A DNA stretch of 64,000 nucleotides, from the IMG/VR virus record IMGVR_UViG_3300021255_004000, positions 195,308 through 259,307 of that record; one strand, 5' to 3'. Within the stretch, counting starts at the first letter, position 1, and each line of letters starts with the position of its first letter. Below are positions 36,512 through 46,668 of this stretch, piece after piece. This stretch comes from a virus. Its lineage: Duplodnaviria > Caudoviricetes. The translations under genes and the position numbers were made by a program. The notes below the pieces were generated by a model. The model saw nothing but the letters and a program-made list of their open reading frames with translations. It searched no databases and was not told the DNA's origin.

Positions 36512-38191
36512 ATGGCTTTAACAAACGCAATGACAGCACAGAAAGAAGGTGCTGCACTTCGCGAGGCAACACGCAAACACCTCGCTAGAACAGAAAGAGA
36601 ATTCCGTGGAGCTAAGTTCGTTGAATCTTGGTCTCGTATTCCAAAAATCGGTGCTGGTTTGACACAGCTTCCTGAAGCAGTAGCTCGTAACACAGCTATC
36701 AACCTTCAGACTCAGGCTGCTTCAATGTCAAAGATGACTGAAGCTCAGTTGTCAACTTCATTCCAGGGTTTCACTCCTGAAAATATGTTGAGACTTGTTC
36801 GCCTCGCAATGCCTAACACTTGCCGCAACAAGGTATTTACTGAGTTCGCTATGGAATCTGCAAAGGATTCTATTAAGTACATCAAACCTGTTTATTCAAA
36901 GACAGTACACGATGGTGACTTGCACGACAAGCACACTTCAAACACTGCTGGTGCTTATGGTGATGCTTCACAGTACAAAGACACATATAACGACATCAAC
37001 GAAGACGACTTCCAGCGTGCTCTTTACGAGAACACAGAAGACCGCTTCACACAGGAACTTATCAACATTCCTGGTAAAAATGGTGTGTTCACAATCCCTG
37101 CAGTAGCAGATGAAAATGGTAACCCTGCAGTTTATGCTGCAAAACTCCTTAAGGGTTATATGAAAGTTTACGATGGTGATGAAACACATCCTATCGCTGA
37201 AGAGAACAAGAGAACTGGTAACTTCTTCATCAACACAGCTGAATATCCAAAAGCTGACATTGATGTTGCAAAGCAGGAAGATGGTTCAATCGTTATCACT
37301 GTAACAGGTGTTGAAAGCGATGACATTCAGGTATTCGCACGCTTCGACCTCGAAGACGACTTCCTTGGTGACAACCTCGGTGAGATCGAACTCGTAATGA
37401 GCGACTACAAGTTTGAGCCACGCCCAACAACAATCGGTGTTACTTGGTCTCAGTTGGCAGAAATCACACTTGATGCTTCATTTGGTCTTTCTGCTCAGGA
37501 TATGTTGGTAACTTACGCTGGTGATGCAATTCGTATCAACCTTGACCTTCGTTCATTCAAGCTCGCTTACGGTGTAGCTCGTTCAAACAAGGACTATGTT
37601 GTTGAGTTCGATGCAGCTTACGGCAATGGTGAAAACATCGAAGGTTACTTCCACACAGCACAGACATTCCCATCTGCTGTTGACACAGTAACAGATATTA
37701 TGGTAAACGACATCAACCGTGGTGGCGTTTCAAGAATGGTTGCAGGTTTCTCTGCAGGTTCTTACCTCAAGTTGGTTAAAGGCACATTCTCAGAGAAAGG
37801 CCGCCAGTCAGCAAAAGGTATCTACCAGATTGGTGAATTCGGTGGTATCCCAACATTCAAGGCTCCTTCAAGCATCATCCCAACAAACGAGATTATGTGT
37901 GTATGGAAGGACGACGAAAATGAAGGCGATGTAGCTATTGCATTCGGTACTTTGGTTCCATTCTTCAACACTGGTATCATCCAGCGCAAGAACTTCTACA
38001 AAGAGGCTGGTCTTGCTACATACGGTGACTGGGCAGTTATGAACCGCCGTTACCTCGCTCTTATCCGCATCAAAGGCTTGAAAGATACAACTGCAAAAGT
38101 TGTAGGTGGTATGTTGAAATACTCAAACCCAAAGGCTAAAGCAACAACACAGGTTGCTTCTCCTGCAGCTGATGTTGGAACAGGCGACTAA
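36512..38191 (+). CDS. major capsid protein (T4 gp23-like)
   Basis: MLRLVRLAMPN and EIELVMSDY..EPRPTTIGVTWSQLAEITLDASFGLSAQ parallel gp23 motifs; strongly biased codons; tandem ACTAA motifs at 36361 upstream. Confidence 0.85.
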   Translation: MALTNAMTAQKEGAALREATRKHLARTEREFRGAKFVESWSRIPKIGAGLTQLPEAVARNTAINLQTQAASMSKMTEAQLSTSFQGFTPENMLRLVRLAMPNTCRNKVFTEFAMESAKDSIKYIKPVYSKTVHDGDLHDKHTSNTAGAYGDASQYKDTYNDINEDDFQRALYENTEDRFTQELINIPGKNGVFTIPAVADENGNPAVYAAKLLKGYMKVYDGDETHPIAEENKRTGNFFINTAEYPKADIDVAKQEDGSIVITVTGVESDDIQVFARFDLEDDFLGDNLGEIELVMSDYKFEPRPTTIGVTWSQLAEITLDASFGLSAQDMLVTYAGDAIRINLDLRSFKLAYGVARSNKDYVVEFDAAYGNGENIEGYFHTAQTFPSAVDTVTDIMVNDINRGGVSRMVAGFSAGSYLKLVKGTFSEKGRQSAKGIYQIGEFGGIPTFKAPSSIIPTNEIMCVWKDDENEGDVAIAFGTLVPFFNTGIIQRKNFYKEAGLATYGDWAVMNRRYLALIRIKGLKDTTAKVVGGMLKYSNPKAKATTQVASPAADVGTGD

Positions 38192-38223
38192 TCCGACAGA
38201 TTAACCCGTAAGGGTTAACATAT

Positions 38224-38252
38224 AAAAAGGCTTACCTTCGGGTAAGCCTTTT
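38224..38252 (+). terminator. intrinsic terminator
   Basis: AAAAGGCTTACC-TTCG-GGTAAGCCTTTT. Confidence 0.85.
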
Positions 38253-38304
38253 ATGATTTATACATACGCATATAATAAACCGACTAATTATTAAGGTTTT
38301 TGAT

Positions 38305-40800
38305 ATGAAGAGATTTGATACAGAAAGCAAATTAGCAAGAATGTTGACAGGCCTTAGAAAAGATTCAAATTGGCCTCTCATTTTACAAAAAGGCACAGTC
38401 GGCAATGTTCTTAAAGCAATAGCAGAATCTGGAGCTGAAGATGACCGTTATATGGAGCAGCTTTACCGTGAAAAGAAATGGAAAACTGCAATGGACTTTT
38501 CATCATTGGAAGCTCAGGGTGATTTACTTTCATATAAGAGACAGTTACCAAACTCAGCAATCGGTTATGTAATTGTATCACACACTGATGCAGAAGGTAA
38601 GGACCGTCTTTCTTATTATGGTTCTTATTACTATGATCTTGATGCAGAGTCTGATTATGATGATATCACAAAAGCTGAAATAGCTGATGAATCTGCAAGA
38701 CACGCACTTGTTCCTTGGACTTGTGATAAAGGCTATTCAATTCCAAAAGGAACTCGCTTTGTAACAGGCAGCGGTGTTGAGTTCTTTTCAACCGAAGTTG
38801 TATCTTCAAAAACCTTAAAGAAAAAATATTCTGAAATGAACGAGGTTGACCTTGAATCATTTCAGTCACGCGGTGGCTGGAAAGGTATCAAGTATCTTAA
38901 AATACCTGTAATGCAAGGCATTCAGAAAACAGTTTCTATTGGCCGAACAACTGCAAACTCTCGCTTTCAGTCATTTGTTTTACCAACGCTTGATGTTGAT
39001 GCTGCATCAAATGAGGTATCTTGCAATTACTTTTCTGTATATGTTCAGCCTCAGAATGGCGAGCCTGTAATCTTTACAGAAATTGATAAACTTTCAAGCG
39101 CTTCATCTATTGATAATGTTTTTGAAAAGTCAATCTTAAAAGATGAAAGCGGCATTAAAATTAAGTTTGGTGATGGTCTTAGTGGAGCAATCCCTCCTGA
39201 AGGTGTTGTTTATGTTAAGTATGTTGAAACACTTGGTTCAGCAGGAAACATCAATGCCAAATATCAAGTAAACACAATGATCCTTCCAACAGGATATAAA
39301 ATTAAGGACCCAAGAACTGACACATACGCAACATTCTTGTCTTGTACAAATGTTTGTGCAATCAGTGGCGGTCGTGATATTGAAGATGTTGAGAATTATA
39401 AAGTTAATGCTCCTACTTCATACTTGAAGTCATACACTATTGCAACAAACAAAGCATACTTAAATGCTATTGACAAGTACTCTCCTCTCAATCTTTTGCA
39501 TTGTAAAATCTTCCCAGATGAAAGTATAACTTCTGAGCAAGTTGATACAACAATCGGTGAAGATGTAAAAGAAGAAGTTGCAAATGAATTAAACACAATC
39601 TCAAGTAACATCAATATTACAGCAATGCTTTCAAACGGTGAAGAAATCCCTGATGAAGAAGTTGATGATACATTCTTGAATCCTTTACAAACATCAATTT
39701 ATGATATGAAAGGACCTTCAGATACAATTAAGTTTGTTCAGCCAAACTTGATTGAACTTGTAACATCTTTCAAGATTACTTCTTCTTCATATGATTATAC
39801 TGAAGATGAAATTGCAGAACGCATTAAAGAAATCATTGCTGAAGATTATGATATTTTTAATCAAGACTTCAATGAACCAATTTATACTTCAAAGTTGATT
39901 GCTTTGGCAAAGACATTCAAGTTTACTGACACAGTTTCAGTTATCACAGAAGCTGTCGCAAAAATTGATAATGACAACATCGACACAACTTATGTAAGCA
40001 ATATGAATGATTATATTGTAAGCATTCCGTTCAGCTTTGATGAAGTTTATATGAGTGACTTGATTAACCAAGGTTTTAAGGACTGTACAGTAAATGCTGA
40101 TTATTTGTTGAAAGTTGATTTGGAATTCATCAATGATTCAACTAAAACAGATAAGAACCGCACATTCTTCTTATATGACAATCGCATTGATGAAAGTGGT
40201 GAAACTACTATTTTCGATGCAAAGACAAAGTTACTTGACGGTACAACAAGTGAATATGTTACTCAATCAAATGAAATCGACTATACAATGTATGACAATG
40301 CAGGTACAGATTTTGATAATCTTCAGTGTCGTGTTGCACAGTTTGATACGATTGATAAAATTACTGATGCAGCTTATATGAAACAGTTGAAAGACTTTAG
40401 TAAGGCACCTACAGAGATTCGTCCTTATGAAACAACATCATCTGGAGCATATAAAGAATACTCATCTTCAACTGATGATTCTATTGTTGAGGTTGACAGC
40501 CGCTACTATAAACAAAATACAAAGTTTGTAAACGGAGTCGACATTGATTTTAATATGAATGAAGATGAAAAGACTTTGACAGGTACTTTCTATATTCCAC
40601 TTTCTTACTTTGAGTTTAGTTCAATCAAAAACTTTGACAAAGACAGTGATATGGAAAAACTTAGATCATTGATTAAGCAGTACATCAATTTGAGAGTTTA
40701 TGCTCAGCCTAAGATTCAGGATATTGCACCTCAGAACATCAATGATATTATATATGTTGATAAAAACTATATAAAAGTTGAAAAAGTACAGACTAATTAA
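38305..40800 (+). CDS. baseplate wedge protein (gp6/BaseplateJ-like)
   Basis: IPKGTRF, IKFGDGLSGAIP, Y.ETLGSAGN, SGGRDIEDVE...AP. Confidence 0.8.
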   Translation: MKRFDTESKLARMLTGLRKDSNWPLILQKGTVGNVLKAIAESGAEDDRYMEQLYREKKWKTAMDFSSLEAQGDLLSYKRQLPNSAIGYVIVSHTDAEGKDRLSYYGSYYYDLDAESDYDDITKAEIADESARHALVPWTCDKGYSIPKGTRFVTGSGVEFFSTEVVSSKTLKKKYSEMNEVDLESFQSRGGWKGIKYLKIPVMQGIQKTVSIGRTTANSRFQSFVLPTLDVDAASNEVSCNYFSVYVQPQNGEPVIFTEIDKLSSASSIDNVFEKSILKDESGIKIKFGDGLSGAIPPEGVVYVKYVETLGSAGNINAKYQVNTMILPTGYKIKDPRTDTYATFLSCTNVCAISGGRDIEDVENYKVNAPTSYLKSYTIATNKAYLNAIDKYSPLNLLHCKIFPDESITSEQVDTTIGEDVKEEVANELNTISSNINITAMLSNGEEIPDEEVDDTFLNPLQTSIYDMKGPSDTIKFVQPNLIELVTSFKITSSSYDYTEDEIAERIKEIIAEDYDIFNQDFNEPIYTSKLIALAKTFKFTDTVSVITEAVAKIDNDNIDTTYVSNMNDYIVSIPFSFDEVYMSDLINQGFKDCTVNADYLLKVDLEFINDSTKTDKNRTFFLYDNRIDESGETTIFDAKTKLLDGTTSEYVTQSNEIDYTMYDNAGTDFDNLQCRVAQFDTIDKITDAAYMKQLKDFSKAPTEIRPYETTSSGAYKEYSSSTDDSIVEVDSRYYKQNTKFVNGVDIDFNMNEDEKTLTGTFYIPLSYFEFSSIKNFDKDSDMEKLRSLIKQYINLRVYAQPKIQDIAPQNINDIIYVDKNYIKVEKVQTN

Positions 40801-40814
40801 AACAGGAGATATAA

Positions 40815-41996
40815 ATGAACAACTTTGAAGATGTTTATGGTCTTAATCGTGATGATCGTCAGATAAGCAATCTTGAAACATATAGACGCTTTATCTCAAA
40901 AGGTGACAAACCTTTGCAGTGCATTAACGATGAAGACGCAAAAGCTATAAAAGATGTATTAAACGGCAAAGGAAAACTCCTTGCTGTTGTTGATGGCCGC
41001 CGCACTATGGCAGGTAACCATAAGTATGTTCTTTTTGTAAAGGAAGAGGGCGGAGTAAAAGTTTATCTTTACACTGTTCTTAATGGACTTTACAATGATA
41101 TGGGACCTTACAAAGATCTTGACACTGCAATGTCAAATGCAGACTGCTATGGCTTGTTTGAAGAATGTAAGCAGGTTGCAAACAAAAAAGTATTAAACGA
41201 AGGCTTTTTATCAGTTGCTATTGGAGTACTTTTAGGTGGTCTTCTTTTGAAGATTGTTTCTAAGTTACTGAAATTTCTTGGAGGATATGCTGGAGCATTC
41301 AAAAATGCTAGTGAAATTACAGCTGATATAAAACGAGAATTGCAAGTCTTTCTTGCAGATGGTAAAACAGAGATTTCTGTTAGTGAGCTTACAGATATTA
41401 TATATTACCATATAGTTATTAAAGCAGTTCACTTAGGCGTTCAGGATAAAGATAAATTAAAGTCATTCATTAAAACATATGTAACTTCATATCTTAAAAG
41501 AAACAAACTTGAGTTTTCTGAGTCGAATTCATCTTTATTTGAAAAAATATTGAACGAAAGCATTGAAGATGAAGAAGAGTTTGAAGACTGGGATTCTGAA
41601 GGTTTCAACGATGTTTGCGAAGGCGATATGGAAGACTGGGACTGGGATGATTATGATGATGAGTATGGCGGACCAAATCCACACCAAGAAATGGAAGACC
41701 ATCTTGCAGACAGCTTCCCAACAAGAGATTCTGAATACCAAGATGATGACGGTGATTATAATCCATTTAACTATGTTCAGATGGGCGATGGTGAAGGTAG
41801 TATAGGTAAAAGAACTAAACCTGCTGCTTATGCTAATCATCTTAATGGCGGCGATTATGCTCCTACATTTGATGACGGAACAGTTCTTGGTGGTAACTTC
41901 AAAGGCACTAAATTTGGTAAGTATACAGATAATTCTGACGCTGATTTTGCAATGTCAGATGATGCTGACTTAGATGCTTGGGCAAGAGAAGAGTAA
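40815..41996 (+). CDS. modular late protein with acidic C-terminus
   Basis: ACTAATT motif plus AGGAG RBS; LFE/LNE linkers. Confidence 0.6.
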   Translation: MNNFEDVYGLNRDDRQISNLETYRRFISKGDKPLQCINDEDAKAIKDVLNGKGKLLAVVDGRRTMAGNHKYVLFVKEEGGVKVYLYTVLNGLYNDMGPYKDLDTAMSNADCYGLFEECKQVANKKVLNEGFLSVAIGVLLGGLLLKIVSKLLKFLGGYAGAFKNASEITADIKRELQVFLADGKTEISVSELTDIIYYHIVIKAVHLGVQDKDKLKSFIKTYVTSYLKRNKLEFSESNSSLFEKILNESIEDEEEFEDWDSEGFNDVCEGDMEDWDWDDYDDEYGGPNPHQEMEDHLADSFPTRDSEYQDDDGDYNPFNYVQMGDGEGSIGKRTKPAAYANHLNGGDYAPTFDDGTVLGGNFKGTKFGKYTDNSDADFAMSDDADLDAWAREE

Positions 41997-42016
41997 AAAT
42001 ATATTAAACATTTATG

Positions 42017-42042
42017 AAAAGCGGGCAGTTGTCCCGCTTTTT
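42017..42042 (+). terminator. intrinsic terminator
   Basis: AAAAGCGGG-loop-CCCGCTTTTT. Confidence 0.75.
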
Positions 42043-42084
42043 GTGTTATTAAACTAATTACTAAACAAGTAAAATGAGGTAGTT

Positions 42085-44280
42085 ATGGCTGATGATATTT
42101 ATAAGTCAGGAAAAGCTCCAGCGTCAAGTATCTTAAAAAGCTCTTACATAAATCGACTTTCATCTGTTTTTGGTTTTAGAGCAAAGAAAGGAACACCTGG
42201 CGGACAGGACTTGCCTTCAAAAATTGGTATGGAGTTTGTTCGTGTTGACTTGAACAACGATGCATACCGCTTTAAGAATGCTGCATTAGGTTCTGTTTTC
42301 AAATCTGAAAAATTAACAGAGAATCTCGAAAAGTATTTTGATGCATATATGACAGAAACAACTTTGTCATATAATGATATTCAAGACAGACAGCGCCGCT
42401 TAAATGAATTATCATTCTTTTATTACAACGACAACTTTGGTTACCGTGTTGTTGAACTTTGTGCTGCAGAAGCAACACAGCTTGATGTTCAAGATCGTAT
42501 CTTAACAATCGAATCTCCTAACGCAAACTTTTCAGCAAAGTGTTATGAGTTGTTTGCAAGATGGGGTATCAATCAGCAAAGATTGCAACAGGTATGTCAC
42601 GACCTTGAACTTTATGGTGAGTCATTCTGGTCTCATAAGATTGGTATGAATGGCATTGAAAACATTAAGCCGCTCAAAGTTAATTCAGTTATGGAGAGAC
42701 TTGAGTTCAATCCAGTGCATATGGCAGAGTACCTTGCACAGAAGAATGGTTATCTTGCAGCAAACAAAAACCGTCAGCAAAAGATTCAAGCTTTGGTTGA
42801 CATAATCCAAAATAAAAAGACAATGGACCTTGATGAAAACCTTGCGGATTCATTTGATTCTAAACTTATTGGTTATGAATTGTATGACGGCATTATGTGT
42901 CCTCCTTGGGAGATTACACACTTCCGTTACAATGCAGAAAACAGTGAGTTCTATCCTTATGGACGCCCACCACTTTTAGGTTGTATTGCTCCTTTCAAAC
43001 AGTGCTTCTCATCAATGATGCTTCAAGGTCTTGCTCGTCAGATGTCATTCCCTATCACAATGTACAAGGTTAAAGGTGCAGAAGGTATGGGACCTGATGT
43101 TCAGTTTGAACACGTGAACAGCGTTCGTGAAGAGTATGACAACCTTGGTGTTTCAGCAGATGTTGCAGGTGGTGAAGTTTACACAGTAAACACAAAGATG
43201 TGGATTCCTGATGGACTTATTGATGTTGATGTAAAAGAATCAAAATGTGACATTGACTTCGTTGGTGATATTGAACTTTATCAGGACCGTGTTGCTATTG
43301 CTTCAGGTGTACCTAAGGCATATCTTGACCAAGAGTTTGGTGGTTTTGGTAACAGTGGCATTTCATTGACAGAACAGTACAAGCCTTTCGCTCGTCACGT
43401 GTATACCATTCAGTCTGCTTGTCTTGAAGGCATTGGTGAACTTATTCGTTTGCATTTTGCAATCACTGGTGAGTTTGACTATAACACTCCATTCATCTTG
43501 TCAATGCGCTTCCCTGCTGAAGAAATGGGACAGGAAAAACGCGAAGCTCGTCAGGCATCTATTGAGATGGCAGGCGGCGTTATGGACTTGATTACTCGTG
43601 CACTTGGTCTTGAAGAAGGCGAGCCACTTCCTGAAGATGTTGTTACTGACATTCTTTCAAAGTATTCATTCCTTGACCCAACAGACATTCAAAAGTGGAT
43701 GCGCTTGTCATCATTCTTAAAGCCAGTTGGCGGAGACGAAGGTGACGAAGGTGGAGACGATGATATGGGAGGCGATGATTTCGACTTCGGTGGCGGAGAT
43801 GATATGGGCGGTGATGACGATATGGGCGGAGACGATGTTATGGAAGCAAAAGCTGAAGCAAAGGCCCGCTTACGCGAAAGAAAAGCTCGTATCAATGAAT
43901 TGAAACAAGAACGACTTCGTGAAGTATCACAAAGATATAAAGAAAGCAAAGAGCAGTTGTTCTTTAAGTATATGGAAAGCAATCATTTTACAGAATGGCA
44001 AGGAAGAGACTGGCGTCCTAACAACACAAATAAGGGTGGTACGGTTTCTCACACAATGTACATTCCAAAAATTACAGAGTATTCAGCATTAAATGATTCA
44101 ATAAAAGTTCTTGAAGCAATGCGTAACGGCGGATTAGAAAAGCTTCACGAAGAGTCTGAAGCAGCAGCTGTTGCTGAAAAGATGTATGAAGCTAAAATGT
44201 CCAACTTAACTGATGACGAAGCTGAACAACAGCGAAAAGTTCAGGAACAAATAGCTGAAGATATCTTAGGTGGTGTATAA
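42085..44280 (+). CDS. portal protein (T4 gp20-like)
   Basis: VELCAAEAT, ITHFR...YPYGRPPL, ASGVPKAYL; acidic GGDD low-complexity segment. Confidence 0.85.
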   Translation: MADDIYKSGKAPASSILKSSYINRLSSVFGFRAKKGTPGGQDLPSKIGMEFVRVDLNNDAYRFKNAALGSVFKSEKLTENLEKYFDAYMTETTLSYNDIQDRQRRLNELSFFYYNDNFGYRVVELCAAEATQLDVQDRILTIESPNANFSAKCYELFARWGINQQRLQQVCHDLELYGESFWSHKIGMNGIENIKPLKVNSVMERLEFNPVHMAEYLAQKNGYLAANKNRQQKIQALVDIIQNKKTMDLDENLADSFDSKLIGYELYDGIMCPPWEITHFRYNAENSEFYPYGRPPLLGCIAPFKQCFSSMMLQGLARQMSFPITMYKVKGAEGMGPDVQFEHVNSVREEYDNLGVSADVAGGEVYTVNTKMWIPDGLIDVDVKESKCDIDFVGDIELYQDRVAIASGVPKAYLDQEFGGFGNSGISLTEQYKPFARHVYTIQSACLEGIGELIRLHFAITGEFDYNTPFILSMRFPAEEMGQEKREARQASIEMAGGVMDLITRALGLEEGEPLPEDVVTDILSKYSFLDPTDIQKWMRLSSFLKPVGGDEGDEGGDDDMGGDDFDFGGGDDMGGDDDMGGDDVMEAKAEAKARLRERKARINELKQERLREVSQRYKESKEQLFFKYMESNHFTEWQGRDWRPNNTNKGGTVSHTMYIPKITEYSALNDSIKVLEAMRNGGLEKLHEESEAAAVAEKMYEAKMSNLTDDEAEQQRKVQEQIAEDILGGV

Positions 44281-44864
44281 TGGAATTATTTCTTGAGGCA
44301 ACTATTGATTCATTATCACAAAACGCTATATCAGGATTGACTCAAAAGCATCTTGATAAGCGTTATCAAAATGATTTCAATATCGACTTGGCGCAAGCTG
44401 CTTATTACAGAAAACAAGATTTCCTTGAGATGATTTTCTTTGCAAACTCAACTTACGGGGCAACTGGATTTATTGCTGCAACAAACTTGCCTCAAGGAAA
44501 GAATGGTCAGTACACACTTTGTATAAGATGGTATAAAGTTAAGCAGTATTTGAAAGATGAAAAGAATATGGGCTACTCACAACTTGAACAAGCACTTAAG
44601 CAAGTTGTTCATAATTGCGATGCAAAGTTTTACAGTGATGATCCATCTTTTTATTGGCAAGGCGTATGGGAAGGCCTTGATAAAAACGGAATGTCAATTT
44701 ACAAGTTTACAGGAGAAAAAGGAAAAGGAGTTTGGGATGAAAAACATAACTTATCAGGTGGGCTTTCAAATCCACAGGTCCATTTGACAAAGCATCTTGC
44801 ACAAGTTGTAAATGAAATTGATACTTACATCAGACCTGCTGCGCAAAACTTACAGATTATATAA
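44280..44864 (+). CDS. conserved phage protein with a degenerate SWIM-like motif
   Basis: KFYSDDPSFYWQG...NP...LTKHL; coupled to the portal gene. Confidence 0.5.
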   Translation: MELFLEATIDSLSQNAISGLTQKHLDKRYQNDFNIDLAQAAYYRKQDFLEMIFFANSTYGATGFIAATNLPQGKNGQYTLCIRWYKVKQYLKDEKNMGYSQLEQALKQVVHNCDAKFYSDDPSFYWQGVWEGLDKNGMSIYKFTGEKGKGVWDEKHNLSGGLSNPQVHLTKHLAQVVNEIDTYIRPAAQNLQII

Positions 44865-44867
44865 AAC

Positions 44868-44893
44868 AAAAGGCGAGCAAAAAGCTCGCCTTA
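44868..44893. terminator. bidirectional terminator (AAGGCGAG family)
   Basis: AAGGCGAGC-AAAAA-GCTCGCCTT between convergent genes. Confidence 0.75.
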
Positions 44894-44896
44894 ATT

Positions 44897-45475
44897 TTAT
44901 TTTACAAGTGATTCAAAATAATCAAATGCTTTTTCAGGTTCAACTTCCTTATTGATAACCAACCACTGGTAGCCTTTCCAAACATTGAATAATAAGCTGT
45001 CAAGTTTATCAGAAGTTCTTCTTTTAGGGAAGATTCTAATTTTTAAGCCATTGACTTTACATTCAATTACGCCGCCTTCCCAAACACAATCATAATGTGC
45101 TTCTTCAAGTTGCTTTCCAATAGCAGCATATATATCTGCTCTGTATGCTTCTTTTGAAGTTTCAGCATTCATCGGCTCGACTGGAGGTTCTTCATAATCA
45201 TCTTCTTCATCTGCAATTTCATCAGCAATGAAATCATCAGAATCGAAAATTGTCTCAACATCCATTGTACCGTCATACTCATTCGCAGGAACTTTGTTTC
45301 CGTCATCGTCATAGTAAACACGAGCTTCAACGTGGGCACCTGCTTCAATATTGTCAAGCATCCATTCTGCAACTTCCAATGAAGGTGCTGCAGTTCTTAT
45401 TTTATCTCCATCGTCAATCCAGATGTCGACTTCGTCTTCATCTTTGATTTCGTTGTAGATCTGCTCTTTTGTCAT
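44897..45475 (-). CDS. acidic late protein
   Basis: ACTAAAT motif plus AGGAG RBS. Confidence 0.6.
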   Translation of the reverse strand: MTKEQIYNEIKDEDEVDIWIDDGDKIRTAAPSLEVAEWMLDNIEAGAHVEARVYYDDDGNKVPANEYDGTMDVETIFDSDDFIADEIADEEDDYEEPPVEPMNAETSKEAYRADIYAAIGKQLEEAHYDCVWEGGVIECKVNGLKIRIFPKRRTSDKLDSLLFNVWKGYQWLVINKEVEPEKAFDYFESLVK

Positions 45476-45509
45476 AAAGAAAATCTCCTATAATATATTT
45501 AGTTGTATA

Positions 45510-46346
45510 TTAGTCGAAGTCCTCTTTATTTGCAACAATTACAGGTGTACCATACTGATATGTACCAGGTGTCGGAAGCATACCATTGTTGTTGTATTTG
45601 AACTCATCAGCAAACTCAGTGTAACCGTGTGACTCAAGAATATCCTTGCAGAACTGATGCGGATTGAAATTGAGTTTTGACTTCATAACAAGGAAGTGAT
45701 AACCACCTGTGGTCTGAACAGCAGCAAACGCATTTCTACCAAACTTTGAAAGGAAATCAGCGTGAACTGCTTCATAGATTTCAAGGCGTCTTTTCTTACC
45801 TTCGTCATTAAGGTCAAGGTCGAAATCAACCCAATTGCGATTACCTGTGCAGTCAAACTGGAGCCTCTTAAACTTTACCAGCGAGTGGCAGAGCTTATAG
45901 AGTGATTCGTTGACACCAGTTCTCGATCCTTTGAGAGCAGAGTCAACCAACTCCTGTTCGTGTACTGCAATGTACTGCTTAAGAAGTTTTACAACATTTC
46001 TTTCGTCAGAAGGATTTGGAGTGCTGTAAAGTACAAGTGTCTTTTCAAGGAAAGGCTTACCTTTGCGAGTTGTATAAGCAAGTTTTGGTACCTCGTACTT
46101 CATAATACCTTTTGCCCAGCGGAGGAAGTCCCATTCACCATTGCGACCAGGGAAAACAACCTGCGGGTCAAGCATCTCATCGTCACTTGACTGACCAAGT
46201 TCTTCGCGTTCTTCTTTTGTCAATTTCTTATGTCGAGAAGACATACAGAAGGCATAAGCTTCATCATACCCAGGCTTTGCAATAATGTGGTCAAAGTACC
46301 ACTGAAGTTCCTGCATATCAGAAATAAGTTTGTAATGTTCTGTCAT
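45510..46346 (-). CDS. AEP (primase-polymerase) superfamily-like protein
   Basis: WVDFDLD (DxD), QTTGGYHF, LPTPGT. Confidence 0.5.
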   Translation of the reverse strand: MTEHYKLISDMQELQWYFDHIIAKPGYDEAYAFCMSSRHKKLTKEEREELGQSSDDEMLDPQVVFPGRNGEWDFLRWAKGIMKYEVPKLAYTTRKGKPFLEKTLVLYSTPNPSDERNVVKLLKQYIAVHEQELVDSALKGSRTGVNESLYKLCHSLVKFKRLQFDCTGNRNWVDFDLDLNDEGKKRRLEIYEAVHADFLSKFGRNAFAAVQTTGGYHFLVMKSKLNFNPHQFCKDILESHGYTEFADEFKYNNNGMLPTPGTYQYGTPVIVANKEDFD

Positions 46347-46357
46347 AGTTTGCTCCT

Positions 46358-46543
46358 TTAGAATTCTGCGTATTCAACGATTCCAACGCGGTCAGCATAT
46401 CCTGAAAATCCCCAACCAAAGCTACCACGATATTTGAAGTCGTCGTAGATTTCTTCACCATTTTTAAGTTTGAGCCAATAGCGGCCTCTTTTGATAGTGA
46501 ATTGAGTTTCTTTTGTATAAGGTTTCCAGTTTCGTGATTCCAT
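46358..46543 (-). CDS. small early protein
   Basis: ATG immediately after a class E promoter. Confidence 0.55.
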   Translation of the reverse strand: MESRNWKPYTKETQFTIKRGRYWLKLKNGEEIYDDFKYRGSFGWGFSGYADRVGIVEYAEF

Positions 46544-46551
46544 ACAAAAAT

Positions 46552-46580
46552 AATATAAAAGATATTTTTCAAAAGTTCAA
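46552..46580 (-). promoter_or_regulatory. class E promoter
   Basis: TTGAAC-17bp-TATATT. Confidence 0.8.
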
Positions 46581-46613
46581 AAACATATAAAAATATTGTC
46601 TTTTTTCTTATTG

Positions 46614-46639
46614 TATTGTCCCATATAGCTAAAAAAGTC
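46614..46639 (-). repeat. dispersed conserved element, copy 2
   Basis: Reverse complement GACTTTTTTAGCTATATGGGACAATA. Confidence 0.9.
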
Positions 46640-46668
46640 TCAACATACTAATTTTATAAGAGGAAGTT

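Noticed and set aside
43728-43840. GGDDM-type repeats in the portal gene
   Set aside because: In-frame acidic low-complexity tail of a kind common in T4-like portals
46318-46572. 84-aa alternative ORF
   Set aside because: Its start lies inside the promoter spacer; the 46358-46543 frame fits the promoter better
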